From Camelus ferus (lineage: Eukaryota): a DNA stretch of 64,000 nt. The translations under genes were made by a program, and so were the position numbers. Numbering within the stretch: position 1 is the first letter of the stretch; each line of letters opens with the position of its first letter. The stretch covers positions 33,296,001 to 33,360,000 of the forward strand of contig NC_045697.1 in the NCBI RefSeq assembly GCF_009834535.1. The letters are read 5' to 3'. Shown here piece by piece: positions 1 through 12,829 of this stretch. The notes under the pieces were generated by a model, which worked only from the letters and a program-made list of their open reading frames with translations, had not been told where the DNA came from and made no database searches.

Positions 1-1089
1 TGAACATAGATATTATATAGTGAGAACCACAGTCGGGAGAAGGGGTCAAGTACATGGCATGTTTGGGAAGTTCTGTGATATATGGAAATATTGCTTTCAC
101 TGTCTTTTCAATGCTCACAACCAACAAAAATAGCTTTATTGCTTAATTTCTTCCTAGGTTCTCACAATCCTAAATGTTAAATGCCTAGAAGGATTATGAC
201 ATTCTTATTTGGAAACTACACCTGACCAGAGCATTTTGTTTTGCACACACTGCTCAGAAGAAATAGTTCCTCTGAAGCTATCTTAAGTGAGCTGGATTAC
301 AATAAATTGACCACCAGTACATAATATAAAGTATGATTAGTATGATTACTGTTTGATACAGTCCTAAATTTGACTTTTAAAACAAATATTTCAGATGGTA
401 TTTCATAATGGTAGGGATTTAGTTTGTAGATTGTAAATAAGTGTATCTTCTCAATAAAGCCCAAAACATTATTAATTATCATAAATAAACATAATTCACA
501 TTAAATATAAAAAGCTTTATCATTCAGTGACATGAAAATAAAAGCAAGTAGCATTCAATAATCACAAGGATTATTTCCATACAAGCTTGCCTTTAAATGT
601 AATCAAGAAAGCTCGAAATTCTGAGATTAAACTGAATTAGATTAGAAAGTTATGTAATTTATAAACTGTAACACAATTAACTGGATTGCTCTATTAACCA
701 GGTGATTTAGATCTTTGATTTTCAATAAGCCAAATGACAATAGGAGAAAAGTTCAAAGAAAAGAAAAATTTAAATACAGCCCTTTCCATACTCTTACAAG
801 GGAAAAAATACAGCATTAATTTCTATCATCATGAACTAACTGAATGCTTCAATGACTAAGTGTCAAATGTATAATTCTACACAAACAACATCATGAACTA
901 TTTTTAATATTATGCTGTACATGAATTTGCAACCATGAAAGAGAACATAAACTAAACCTGGGACATCGTATCCACTAAAGCAAAAATAAAAAGTAAAAGA
1001 ATTTTGAAATAACAGAGTAGACTTGTTTGAAATAACAGAGTCACAGAGCTTACTCTTCAAAGGACTTGAAATATAATAATCTGTGTCAC

Positions 1090-1238
1090 AAACCTATGAG
1101 ATAGGCTCTCTGTCATCATCCCCATATCTGTGTGCACTGATGTAGGGAAAGGTGAGAAAATGTGCTTCGTGACCCACACTCTACAGACTAGATAGAGCCA
1201 GGTTTTAGGACCCAAGCAACCTGACTCCAGAGTCCTCA
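1090..1238 (-). mobile_element. MIR SINE fragment
   Basis: aaacctatgagatagg...atccccat...gagccaggtttt...ctgactccagagtcc resembles the reverse complement of the MIR core. Confidence 0.7.
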
Positions 1239-1499
1239 GGATAAACAAAACATTATATCTCAGTCCAGAATAAATGTGAAACGAAAGTGTTTTCTTATTA
1301 ACTACATATTTCTATTCACCACAATACTCTGTGTCAAAAGCATAGTTACAGTGTCCTAAATAAATATACTCACTTAACTTTGTTATTTTATACACTATTT
1401 TATTCCAAAGTTGGTATTCATGAAATTTTGTTATAAAACTTATTTGAAACTCATTTATAAAGTTAGTTCTCAGCTGCCACCTGCCCTCGAACACCTGCA

Positions 1500-1678
1500 C
1501 CAGGTCTGCTTGATGGCTGTACAACTGGTCCCATCACATAGGTCCCTGTGCTCAGAAAAACCCCGTGCCTGGTCTACTGATCTGTTTTTACTTTCTCAAA
1601 ATTATTAATTGTGTTTGAATAAAGGATACTGTATCTTCATCTTGGGCTGGACCTCACAAATTATGTAGCTGGTCCTGG
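1500..1678. mobile_element. MER91-like hAT-Tip100 non-autonomous DNA transposon
   Basis: ccctgtgctcagaa...cacaaattatgtagctggtcctg resembles recalled MER91A consensus; cagg...cctg termini. Confidence 0.6.
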
Positions 1679-3069
1679 ATTGGAATTACCTGTGTTTTTC
1701 TCTCGCACCAAATTAATCATGCTACCACATTAATTCAGTAAACACCTGAATAAAACTTAGTCATCATAGATATGGATTTAAAATTTTCCAGAGAAGAGAA
1801 ATTAAAATGGTAAAGTAGTCTTCACCCAAAAGGAGGCAAATGAAATTATTCTCCTTAGTCTGGAGTTATAACAGAGAAGAGAGATGATGAAAACACGTGA
1901 ATATATTCCTGGTAAGGATCTGAAGACTATCCTCTTACACACCAAATGGCAAGCAAAGAGCAATAGGGAATATCATCATTACCTAGTGGCTGCAGGGACG
2001 TGCCAAGTAAGAATCTAAAGAGAGAAAAATAAGATTACCCTAGTAGCTGTAAGTGGTAAGAGCAACGCCTGAAGATGCAGAACACAGACATGCACAGTTA
2101 AAGAACTGGTTTCATGGTTTATTGGCTGCATAAACATACTTAAAGAACGTATGCATTGAGAGGGATATTCTCCTGCTGTGCATATACAGGAAAAGAAAAA
2201 TGACCCCCCCCAACACTGAATGAACTCCTAAAAAGGAAATTAGGCAGGAAGGAGAATCCAGAGAGGTAGTGGAATCAAAAGGAGAGGAAAATGGAGTGTC
2301 CCCAAAACTAGAGTGTTACAAAGGCAGTTTACACCCCTCTGAAGAAGTGAGTCACGGACTGTCACTGAGGCTGAGAGGGCGAGCCATCTGAGAGGTCTGG
2401 AATAGTTGCTGAATTCAGAGATCTGGGAGCCATCAGTGAAACAAAAAATGTGTTCAGAAGCCAGCGTGGAGGAAGAGAAGGAGAGAAGAGGAAAAGGCCA
2501 GAGTGATTTTAAACAAGACTTGAGGAGTTTGACTGAAAAGGGGAAGAGGGCTCCAGCCACAGGGGAAGGTAGGGAAAAAGAGACAATTTTTTGGTTGCTT
2601 GTTTAAGGGGGAAGATAGTTAAGGATCGCAACGCCAATGGGAGGGGTGAAGGGAGAGAGGCAGAAGCTGAATATTCAGGTGAGAGAAGATCGATGACAGA
2701 GGAATATTCCTGAGTCAGCAGGTAGTGCAGTCAGTAAAGGAGACTGAAGATACTTACACGGAGGAGAGCAGAAGGAGGGGATAGCTTTAAATACGTCAGG
2801 GTGACAAGACAGAGTGTTGAAACAATGGAAGTAGGTGTTTAGGTTTATTGGCAAGAAAGTTAAGAAGGTTCTCAGAGAGGAGAGAAATGCTGAGTTACGT
2901 GTAGAATATCTATGCATCTTTCTTATTATAATCGATGACGATTCCAAATGAAAACTTTGACCGTTTAAATCATTATATCGACGACATATAAAATAGTGCA
3001 TATCCATAGACCACCATGGCATCTGCTGCTAGTTCTCTGTCTGTATTCCCCGGGCAATCGTGATTCCTC

Positions 3070-3432
3070 TACACATTGTGGCATTCTGCGGCATGCACCT
3101 ATGATTCTCTGCCCGGGGGCTTTTCCTGGCTGTGCAGGGAAGACCTGAAGTGCAGAGAAGCCTGTGCACAGACTATGGGAATTGGGGAAAATACAACTCA
3201 GCTTTTTCTCCCTCTCACTGGAGACAACTCTAAGGCATGTTCTACACCCTTTCCCAGATGACCTCAGTGGGACTGAACCCCAGCTGTCCTCAGCAGTACA
3301 CTGCTCATTGTGGTACCCTGCTTTGGCTGTCCGTCCTCCCCTCCCTATATCACTTTACCCCTCACCTCCGCCAGGGCCTCCTGATACCACATCCCAAGTG
3401 ACTGCATATCTTAGAGTCTGCTTCTGAGAGAA
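3070..3432 (+). mobile_element. old ERVL-type LTR fragment (LTR16-like)
   Basis: ends in tcttagagtctgcttctg, typical of LTR16/LTR33 3' ends; GC-richer than the flanks. Confidence 0.45.
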
Positions 3433-5599
3433 AGGAAATCAACTACAAACATCTTACCCTAAGAAAAGGAAATGATAATAAATAAGGACTCAGGAAAGGT
3501 TCAGTTGTATTCAAAGATATTAATTAATTGGAGCTAACCATCCAAGCAAGAAGCTAGACTGTCTTCACCCCTGTAATTTGCACATTAGTAGTAATGCTAA
3601 TAAGAGCGTGAACTCACAATATGGAGAGTAAAATCAAACTGTCGATGATATCCCTGCAAGAAGATAAGGATGCTAATAATTTTGCTCACCATGTATCATA
3701 AGTAGAGTGTCATGCACACATTTTAAAACAAGTTAGTCATTGCTGTGTTTTGCTTTACTCTCTCAGCAATAACAAAGACATTTTGTTTCCTGGGATGATT
3801 CCCATAAAACCTACATGTGCCATTTGTCATCAGTCAGTTTCATTAAAGTCAACAAATACTTAAGTGACTTGTGTGGATATGACAGTGTTTCCTACTAAGA
3901 GTTGAAAACTTTGAATTTGATAATTTGTCACCATTCTACCACAAAGAAGTTGCTGCTCCTCAGTCTGTATCTTTCACCCACTAGACACTCAAACACATGT
4001 TTGATAAATATAGTTCCCCCAAAATCAGGAAGAATTAAGAAAAATAATAAAACCAGTGTGAACTGTGTTTTCCTACCATCATTTTTCATTATAGTTCTAA
4101 TCTTTTGGTCTTTGATGACATGAAACATATACTGAATATATGAAATTTCCTCTCAAGGTAAGATTCCTTGATGTATTTTTTTTATTTTGAATCTTTATAT
4201 ATTGTTTGTTCTTGTAGTTGTATTTATTTACTTTGATTTTTCCTACTAATTAAAATACATTGACTTAAAAAGTATAGCCCATTTTGGGAATCCCAAACAA
4301 GGGTCATGAAACTTGTACTTTCATGGATAGGATACAAAGTCCTCAAAGGATAAACTAAATATATCTCATCATGTCAGTCACTGATTATGGGCTACAAATG
4401 AATAGGACTTTGAAATCACTGCAGTCTGTTCCGAAAAGGGTTTCAGATTGTTCTGGCCTTAGAACCATCATCAGGTAGAAGATTTGTCATGCCTTCTCTC
4501 TCTCTGAAATGTCTTTCTTCAATATCTAATGATCAGCCTTCTCTGGTGAGGAAGCTGAAGACACACCTCTCTCCCCAAAGCACTGGTAAAGGCAATCAAA
4601 TAGGAAAAAGAAGAGGAGACTGAATGCACATTGATTCCCCTGGATTTAGTGAAATCATTTGGTTCAATTAACAAATAGCTACTAAGGGTTTACTAAGTAC
4701 AGTCCAGAGACATCCCCTGCCTGACAGACAAGGGAGAGAATGTTTCCAAAGGGAAGCTGTGTGGTACCAGGGGCGATTTATGTTCCTCAAGGTAATGTTT
4801 CATCAAGCGACTGCGCCACGCTCAGTTTAGGACTCTGGCAAGGGAAGGAGTGAAGATGTTCTCAAAGATCTCACTTCTACTATTACAAGTAAGATTCTCT
4901 TGTGAGGAGATTCCAGTGACCCCATCCTGTTTCAAGTTGTTAAAGATAGCACCCAGAGCCCATGGGACATGCTAGAACACCGAGAGTTCAAAGTTCAGTC
5001 TGGGCACAGGCTATTACAAATTTAGTCTTACTGGGTCCCTTAAAAACTTGGAACTTATTACATCACCAGCCTGAAATCCTATGTTGTTCTCTGAGTTCTG
5101 TTAGAAACCAGCCTAACAACTAAGTTATGAGAATTTAAAACTAAATCTATGCTGCTGATAAAAATTTACATTTTGCTCCCCAAATATATATTAATTTAAA
5201 AAAAGGATTCTCATGTTCAATATATAATAAGGACAAGCTTTTCCCTTTTGAAGATAACGAATTATTCTATAAATCAACATAATTTGAGGATTTTAGAACA
5301 CTGAGAAATACAATTCATATGTATCACTAATACTGAGGGATTGAAAAATCCCACTATGTTCATTTAATCATAAGAAAAAGTGCATAAGTTAAAAAGTATG
5401 CTAATTAACTTTTCTTTTATGACCTTTTTGCCATCCCCACAGAACACTGCTGTCAACAGTGATATTTCTGTTTAATTTGCAAAGTAAGTTTTCAATTCTT
5501 TCCTTACTATTTTATAGAAGGAAAGCATTTAAATGTAAGAGAAGTAAAGACTTTAAAAATACAATTTCAAAAGCTTGTATAGGCCATGGCTTCAAACAT

Positions 5600-6110
5600 T
5601 CAAAATTCTGCCTCCTCTATTTCTAGTCTTAGTAAGAGACACCATCATTTTGTCAGTTGTCAAGCTTTTAATAGACTCAGTCTGAACGTCTTACTCATAC
5701 CCTGCATTTTAATTGATCAGGGGGTTCTGTTGATTGTATTTCCTTCATTTCTCAACTTTTCCTTTCTTCTCCATCCTCACTGGTAATGCCCCCTGAAGTG
5801 GTCTCTTTTAGTTTTCCTGCCTCTGTGTGATACCCTCTATGACACTGCTAACTGTAAATCAGGTTATGTCTTTTCTCTGATCATTTTTTTTTCTTCAATG
5901 ACTATCCTCTGCCTAAAGATCGAGTTCGAAGATCACAGCATGGCACATCAGACCCTTCATGATCTTTGTCTCGTTTCCATCCCGATCCAATGCTGTTCGA
6001 CACTGTTATAGCCATAACATACTCCATATAAAATGTCCTCTCCTGTAATCCTTGTTCTTGAAAAAATAAGCTCGGATGACAATTCCTCTTTGAAGTTGTC
6101 CTTGCCACCT
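5600..6110 (+). mobile_element. L2 LINE fragment
   Basis: degenerate pyrimidine-rich sequence resembling the L2 3' region. Confidence 0.45.
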
Positions 6111-7219
6111 GGGGTGTTTGATTAGACTTCCTGTTGGTTCCAGAAATTTTTACTTCTCCAAATGAAATAAATTATGCTGTAACTTCTAATGCATGAGGAG
6201 CTGGTAAACGGCTGTGTGTTGCCTCACTCTCCTCATCACTCAACAGCCCCCCAGCACGTTTTTCTACGGGAGTAACGGAGAATCACAAATTACCACAGAA
6301 TGATAATCATAGTGGATGATGATCAAAGATAAATACGAAATAAACTATTATCTTTATACCTATAGATAATCTGAAATAAATTACATGTAGGAAAAGTATT
6401 ATGACAGCAAACTGCCGAATGACATTTATCACATATGGAAAACATTTTAAGGTAAAGTTTTAGATTTAGATGCTAAAAGCCTAAGATCATTTCCCTTTTG
6501 TTTCAAACAGAGTTCTGTTCTCCCATTCAACAATTCAACGTTTCTTATCTACAACATTCTGAAGTTAAATGTGTGAAAAGCCTTGTTGGCACCATTACAA
6601 ACCCTTGCTATCTTTCCCTGAATCTCCTGGATCAGCTTCAAAAAGAAACTCTGTACTTATAAAATGGAGCTTATTGATATTCTAATTTGATGACAGTATC
6701 CATTTCTTCTTAAAAATAAATTTGACCTAAAGTATTATAAAAGGAAAAAAGAAATCACCTAAAGTAATTAACTTTATCACCCATCACTGGTTACTGTTTC
6801 CTGACAGTCTGTGCATTGGAGAATGTTATGATTACTCTACACCTAACATGTAATTAGGGACTTTTAGAAACTTATGCATCAACCCTTAAATGCTTGTCCT
6901 AGCTGTTGAATTCCCATTGTGTGATAATAAAAGAAACTTATCCCCTACTAAGCATTTAGTACTTGCATGGACTAGGTTAACTTTCTATATATTTTCAAGA
7001 TCACCTTGTGAACTGTGCATAATTATATTCATTTTATCTCATCCAAATTCAGCAGTTACTAATAAGAGAGCTGTACTGAAACATTTTTCTCATGTAAAAA
7101 TCCCATGCTTATTACTATCCCAATAATAAAATGTCATTCAAAAACAACCAATGAAATGGATTTTTCACTTAGTTTAAGACTGTTTGGTATCTTGAGTAGT
7201 GCCAGTATAATCAAACCAG

Positions 7220-7640
7220 ATATAGAGATATATATACACATATACATACATACATATATATATTTATTACACACTTGTCATTTAATAACTTAACCAATCT
7301 CAAGTTATATATTCGAGATATAATAATATAGAAATAATGATAAAGGAAACGACAGTACATTTAAATATTAGTGCTAGTTTTGCAAAACATGTTATTTAAA
7401 TTTTAAGATGAAAAGTTTATATGCACATGTATGTGACACACATACATATCATACATATACATACAAACTTTCCATTATATCATATATATGATGTATTATG
7501 TATATGACACATATTAATATGTATACACATCTACATATATATACATGGTATGTGTGTATATATGTGTTATATACCGGTGTGTCTATATTATAATATGTGA
7601 TATATATATATGTATATATTTGTGTGTGTATACACATACC
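7220..7640. repeat. degenerate (TA)n/(CATA)n/(TG)n low-complexity tracts
   Basis: directly visible at 7220-7270 and 7420-7640. Confidence 0.85.
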
Positions 7641-8138
7641 AATAAATAAATTTTGGTGTTGAACTGCCCCATATGTAAGTCAAAAGCCTGTATCACTCTG
7701 TCTTAAGTCTGGAACTTCTCAAGAAGGCTACATGAAAAAAGATACTGCAAAATGGATAAATAAATTTTCTTCCTTTCCTTCTTTTTTCTTCCTGTTTTTC
7801 TTCCTTCAAAAAAAACATAATTGAGTGACTGATTGTTACACTATGTAATACACTCAGGTAAAAGCATAGTATGTAGCCATCATGGTCTTTGAGGAAAGAG
7901 AAACAAGTAATTATTGTCCATGAAGTGTGTGTAAATGATAAAAATAATCAAACATGCTAAGTTGTGGTGTGAGAGGCTAGGAGGTGGCTGATGGTCAGAA
8001 GAGAGGTGACCCTGAACTCAAACCGAGGAGTAAGAGAAGGCTTCTCAAGCCATCCTTTTATTTATAAAATGTGCTTCTTTTTAAAAATTGTTTCCTTTTG
8101 CTCTCAGAACCTTTCCCTTCTACCATTTCAACTCATTT

Positions 8139-8775
8139 TGTGAGAACAGGCAGATAGCTAGATATGAACAGAGAAAGGGGACACAGGCCAAATGGCAGGA
8201 ACTGGGCAAAAAGGAGGGGCATGGGGCCAAATGCAGGAAACCATACATCATGTAAATAACAGGGGTCCTTGGGCAGACAAAGCAGGAACCTCTGGACTGA
8301 TAAGCAATCACACATTTTGGTGTGACAAGTGGCCTGGAAGCTGACAAAGAAATGTGGGAAAGGACAGGAATTTCCACTGTCCAAATGTAACCTTTTGCTC
8401 ATTATGCCCTCATTTCAATAAAATTAGCCTTGCAGATTAGAAGTACCCATCATGCATTGATGCCATGACACTTCCAATAAGACTAAATAAGGACAAAAAT
8501 CTCTCCTCCCTTCGGGAAGGTGGAGCTGGGATGAAAATCAGGGAATATGACCTCAAACCCCTCCCTCCCCAGTGAATATTCCGCCCGTTCATTTTACACC
8601 CTATGTAACCAACTTGCCAAAGAAACTCGGGGCCGCCGCTCCCCTGAGCCTGCCCGCTCTCCCTTTGAGAGTGTGCTATCCATCCCTTAATAAGTCCTCA
8701 CTTTACTTTCTTAACCTCCATGTCTCATCTCTGAATTCTTTCTGTGATGAGACAAGAACTTAATCACCAGCAACA
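8139..8775 (+). mobile_element. solo ERV1-class LTR (637 bp)
   Basis: TG...CA termini (tgtgaga...gcaaca); 4-bp TSD ATTT at 8135-8138 and 8776-8779; TATA-like cctatgtaa ~8600; variant polyA signal AATAAG at 8689. Confidence 0.85.
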
Positions 8776-10884
8776 ATTTTATTACATGGTCCCATAGGTG
8801 AGAGCTAAAAAAAAAAAAAAAGAGAGCTATTAACTGTAATGAATATAAATTCTTATGATAGGCCCTTTTGATGCAATTTTAGGAAACCTAGACTTTTAAT
8901 TAGGGAGGAAAAACTTAAGAAAGTAGATTACAACATAGGGTTTGGACCTCAAAGTAAGTGCAGAAACGTAGCAGAAGAACTTAACGGAAAAAAGTCACTA
9001 GACACAAGAGACAAATGAAAGGTTGGGGAAAAACAAAGACAACTATGAAACTAAAGGGATGATAGAATCTGCTGGTGGCATTTCAAAATAGTTTGGGATG
9101 CTACACCTCAGTCTGAATACTCATTTTAATTTAATTCAAGTTCCCAAACTCAGCATTCTTTATGATTCATTACATTATTTTACTTTGTTCTAGATGTATC
9201 CCTGAACCCTAAATATGTCTATATATTTTTCAAAACAATAAAATATTTTATTTTAGACATTTGCTACTAAAGGAAAAATAGAAATATGAGAAATATTTTT
9301 TACAAACACAATTTTTAGAGTCAGAATATTTGAAAAGATATATATATATGGGTAATAACACAAGACTTATGCATGAAAAACTGACCTTTCAAGGAGAGTG
9401 ATTACAGACCATATTTGAAGTAAAAAGTTAAATTTACTCTTTACTAGTCTGTAGCATACCTTTAATTTCTCAGCTCTGATCATATGTCTTATGTATTTCC
9501 ATGTAAATATTCATGTTGCTTTATTCATTTTATGATTTGCATTTAAATTTTATACTTTTTCCTTCTAGGCTCTAATACACTGTTATAAACAGTTGATCTT
9601 TCCCCTGTCCTAAATTCAGTTTCTAGCGCCACTTCCTATAAAGGTATTTGTTATATAAACTTGTCTGTTGATACATTTGGGGTTTTACCAGAAGATGATT
9701 CCCACTTTGTCCATCCTTACTTGTTCCTGCCGTTCCTGGGAGACTGTTAAACTGCTGTTTCAGCTCGCCAGGCAGTTTTAAAAGGCAGCTGTGGTACAAC
9801 TCTAGCTAACAGATCAAAGAGATTCACACCATGTTTGCCATCACTGAGCTCAGAATATGGGACTCTAAGCCTCTTGCTCTAAGGGCAGAGAATCATTGAC
9901 AAATGAGCCTTTATACCTCATGCAAGAAAAACATATCCAGTTTATAGTCACAGGGACAGTTAGAGCTAAATCAAGGTATCCTATTTGTGCCCTGATCCTC
10001 CTCACCCACAGCTCTCCTGTTTGAAAGGAACTGACTCCACATTTCTGAAATATAATTACAACTGTTGGGTCTCGGTAGTTTGTTTATATTGTGACTCACC
10101 GATTATGATGGAAAAACAGAAATAGTAAGTAAGCTATATAATTTATTTTTCCATTAGTCCTCCCAGAAATAATGTTTGCTTCTTTTCTCAGTGTGAAGTT
10201 TTTATGAATCCCATCTGTAAATGTTCACAAGAATGTAAACCTAATGCAGAAATGAAATACATCATTTCCAGAAAGAACTGTGGCAGTTCTTTTAGTTCCT
10301 AAGAATCTTATCACTACATAAACGTAAAGAGGATAACAGGGATCCCTTTCAGCCCATGGGAAAAAAAAATTAAACAGACTTCTTAAGACTTACTGAGTCC
10401 TGTAATTTCATCCATTGTCCCTTTCCATTGACTGCACGGTACTTGTCTCTATGTGGCCAGAGGACAATGAAGCCAGATCACTGTTAAGACTCATAACAAG
10501 GGAGACCACTTTCTGCAGTCAAGAAGGCTGTGGGCCTCCATATTGATTTTGGAGAATGGCCGAGGGAAAAGTGCCTGGATTAGAAATTTAATGGGGGATG
10601 AATGGGCAGGGCCAGACCTGGATCGAGCTGTAAAGTGAAGAGTTTTTCTCTGAAAGGTCATATTATCTTTTCATGCTTCACTGTCTTCCCTGACCAGCAG
10701 AGCTGTCCCCATACCCCTCAAAGGCTCAACAGTCGCTCACTCAGCATCAACTGGGCACGTATTGTTTTCACAGTGCCATAGAGGATATACAGAAGCACAA
10801 ATGAGTTCATTGTTCTTTTTTAACTGTGTAAAACAAGAAACTGCAAATTGTAAAATAACAATAATGGTTACATTTACTGCATTT

Positions 10885-11755
10885 CTTGCTGATGCTTAAG
10901 CCCAAACCTTGTAATTATCTTTGACTTTTCTTTTTCACACCCATATCCAATCACTCAGGAAACCTGTTGGTTCTATCCAAAATCCAGCCACCTGTCAAGA
11001 TTGCTACTGCTACCACCTTGGTCCCGGCTGCCCCCATCTTTCCTCTGGATAACCACAGTGCCCTCGTAACTGGTCTCCCAGCTTCCATCTCTGCCCTCAG
11101 ACAGTCTACTTTCATTACATCACACAGCGTGGGTCTTATAAAACATGAGAAAATGGAATCATGCCATGCCTCCTCTTGGAACTCAAACTGAACTCCCCCT
11201 CTCACACAGAGTAAAAGCCAAAGCTCATATAACGGCCAACAAAGCTCTAAGTGATGTAAGCCAACCTCTCCATTACATACCTAGCTTTAACTCCCTCCAT
11301 CAGTTTGGCCTCTTTGCCCTAGGCAGACTCCTACCTTAAAACTTTGGAATTGACTGCAGCCCTCCACATCCTAGAATACTCTTTTCCCAGCCATCCATTT
11401 AGGTGACACCTTCAACCTTTTTTTAAATCTGCATGGAAATGTCAACATCTCAATGAGGCCAATATTGACAACCTTATATAATTGGAAATGCTCATCTTGC
11501 CTTCAGTTTTCCTGCTACTCATCTCCCTGCTGTATTTATATTTATTTTTATTTTCTCCACAGCATTCATCACTCATACTACATAATGGACTTTACTGTGT
11601 GTATTTATTTCTGCTCCATTCACAAAGATGTAAACTGAGGGGCAGGAATCTGTTTCATTCACTCATATAATCCAATGAATTAGAACAATTGCTCACACAT
11701 ACTTGACACTCAACAGACACCTGTAAAATAAATGAACACATTCATGAAAGAATGA
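10885..11755 (+). mobile_element. L2 (L2a-like) 3' region
   Basis: cccaaaccttg...ctcgtaactggtctcccagcttcc...ggcaggaatctg, ending in the tgaatgaa-type tail. Confidence 0.8.
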
Positions 11756-11759
11756 ATAG

Positions 11760-11985
11760 AAATAACTTTTATGTAGCATGTACCACATGCCAGTGCTTTG
11801 CTAAGTACTTTGCATATATTATCTTATCTCCTCTCATGAAACTCTGAGCTAGCTATTACTCCAAATGCAGAAGCTGACATTTAGGAAATGTTATTACTTG
11901 TCCAAGGTTACACAACCGTAAGTGGCAGAGTCAGAACTGAAGCTCATCTCCAACTCTAAAACGTGGTATGCTGACCACTGTGACA
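11760..11985 (-). mobile_element. MIR SINE
   Basis: ttacttgtccaaggttacacaaccgtaagtggcagagtcagaa matches the MIR core reverse complement. Confidence 0.75.
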
Positions 11986-12114
11986 TGTTGAAAGTAGGCT
12001 ATTGTTTCACGGCAAGGTTCTGCAAAATCCTAAGTTCTGTTATGTAGGAAAAGATTTAGGACTGGGGAGCAGAAAGTAATTGTCAAGAGCTATGCTACTT
12101 CAGAGTTTAACCCT

Positions 12115-12829
12115 AATTTAGAAAGATAATTATACCCAGGCCTCCCTACAAGGAAGGTTGGAATCTAAAATACAAGTGGTCCCAGGTCTGACATAGATGG
12201 GGCCAGACCAGATGACAGATCAAATCTGAGAGAAGATAACCTGCCAAAGAGCACCCACTGGCACCAAGAGTGAGGGACGTGAAAAGGTCCTGGTGCTTCT
12301 TCAAGATGGGACCGATGGGATCTTCTTTTCAAAATAAGATACTGGCTCATAATTTCTCTAGAAAAAGGCAAGGAAAACAGAGGGAACATGTGTGAATTTT
12401 AATTTTTTTTCCCTTTCACTTTATTTTATCATATCCTGATTCTCAATTCTTCCCTGAGAATTACTCCTGAATTTCTTTAACACTTGACCTTCAGTTAGTA
12501 CAACACCCGAACCATATGGTAAATTCAGCATTTTAAACTAAAGTAGGTGACTTTTTAAAAATCATTCAAACTGCTTGTTTGGAATAATGCAAAGCAAACA
12601 ACCGGCTGCTCCTCGGCCGGTCTCAGTGCTTCCTCTCGAACTCAGCTCCATGTGGTCTCAGGAAGAACAATGCCAGGTCCCATCTAGTGGGTCCTTTTTG
12701 GAACATTATCTTGTTTCGAATTTGATCTGTCATCTGGTCTGGCCCCATCTATGTCAGACCTGCGGCCACTTGTATCTTGGATTCCAAAATTCCTTGGGGG
12801 GAGGCCTGGTTATAATGATACACTAAATT
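12115..12829. repeat. long inverted repeat (arms ~12115-12259 and 12686-12829, spacer 426 bp)
   Basis: manual ungapped alignment of 12135-12259 with revcomp(12686-12810) gives 107/125 identities, including a perfect 43-bp core at 12183-12225 / 12720-12762. Confidence 0.95.
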
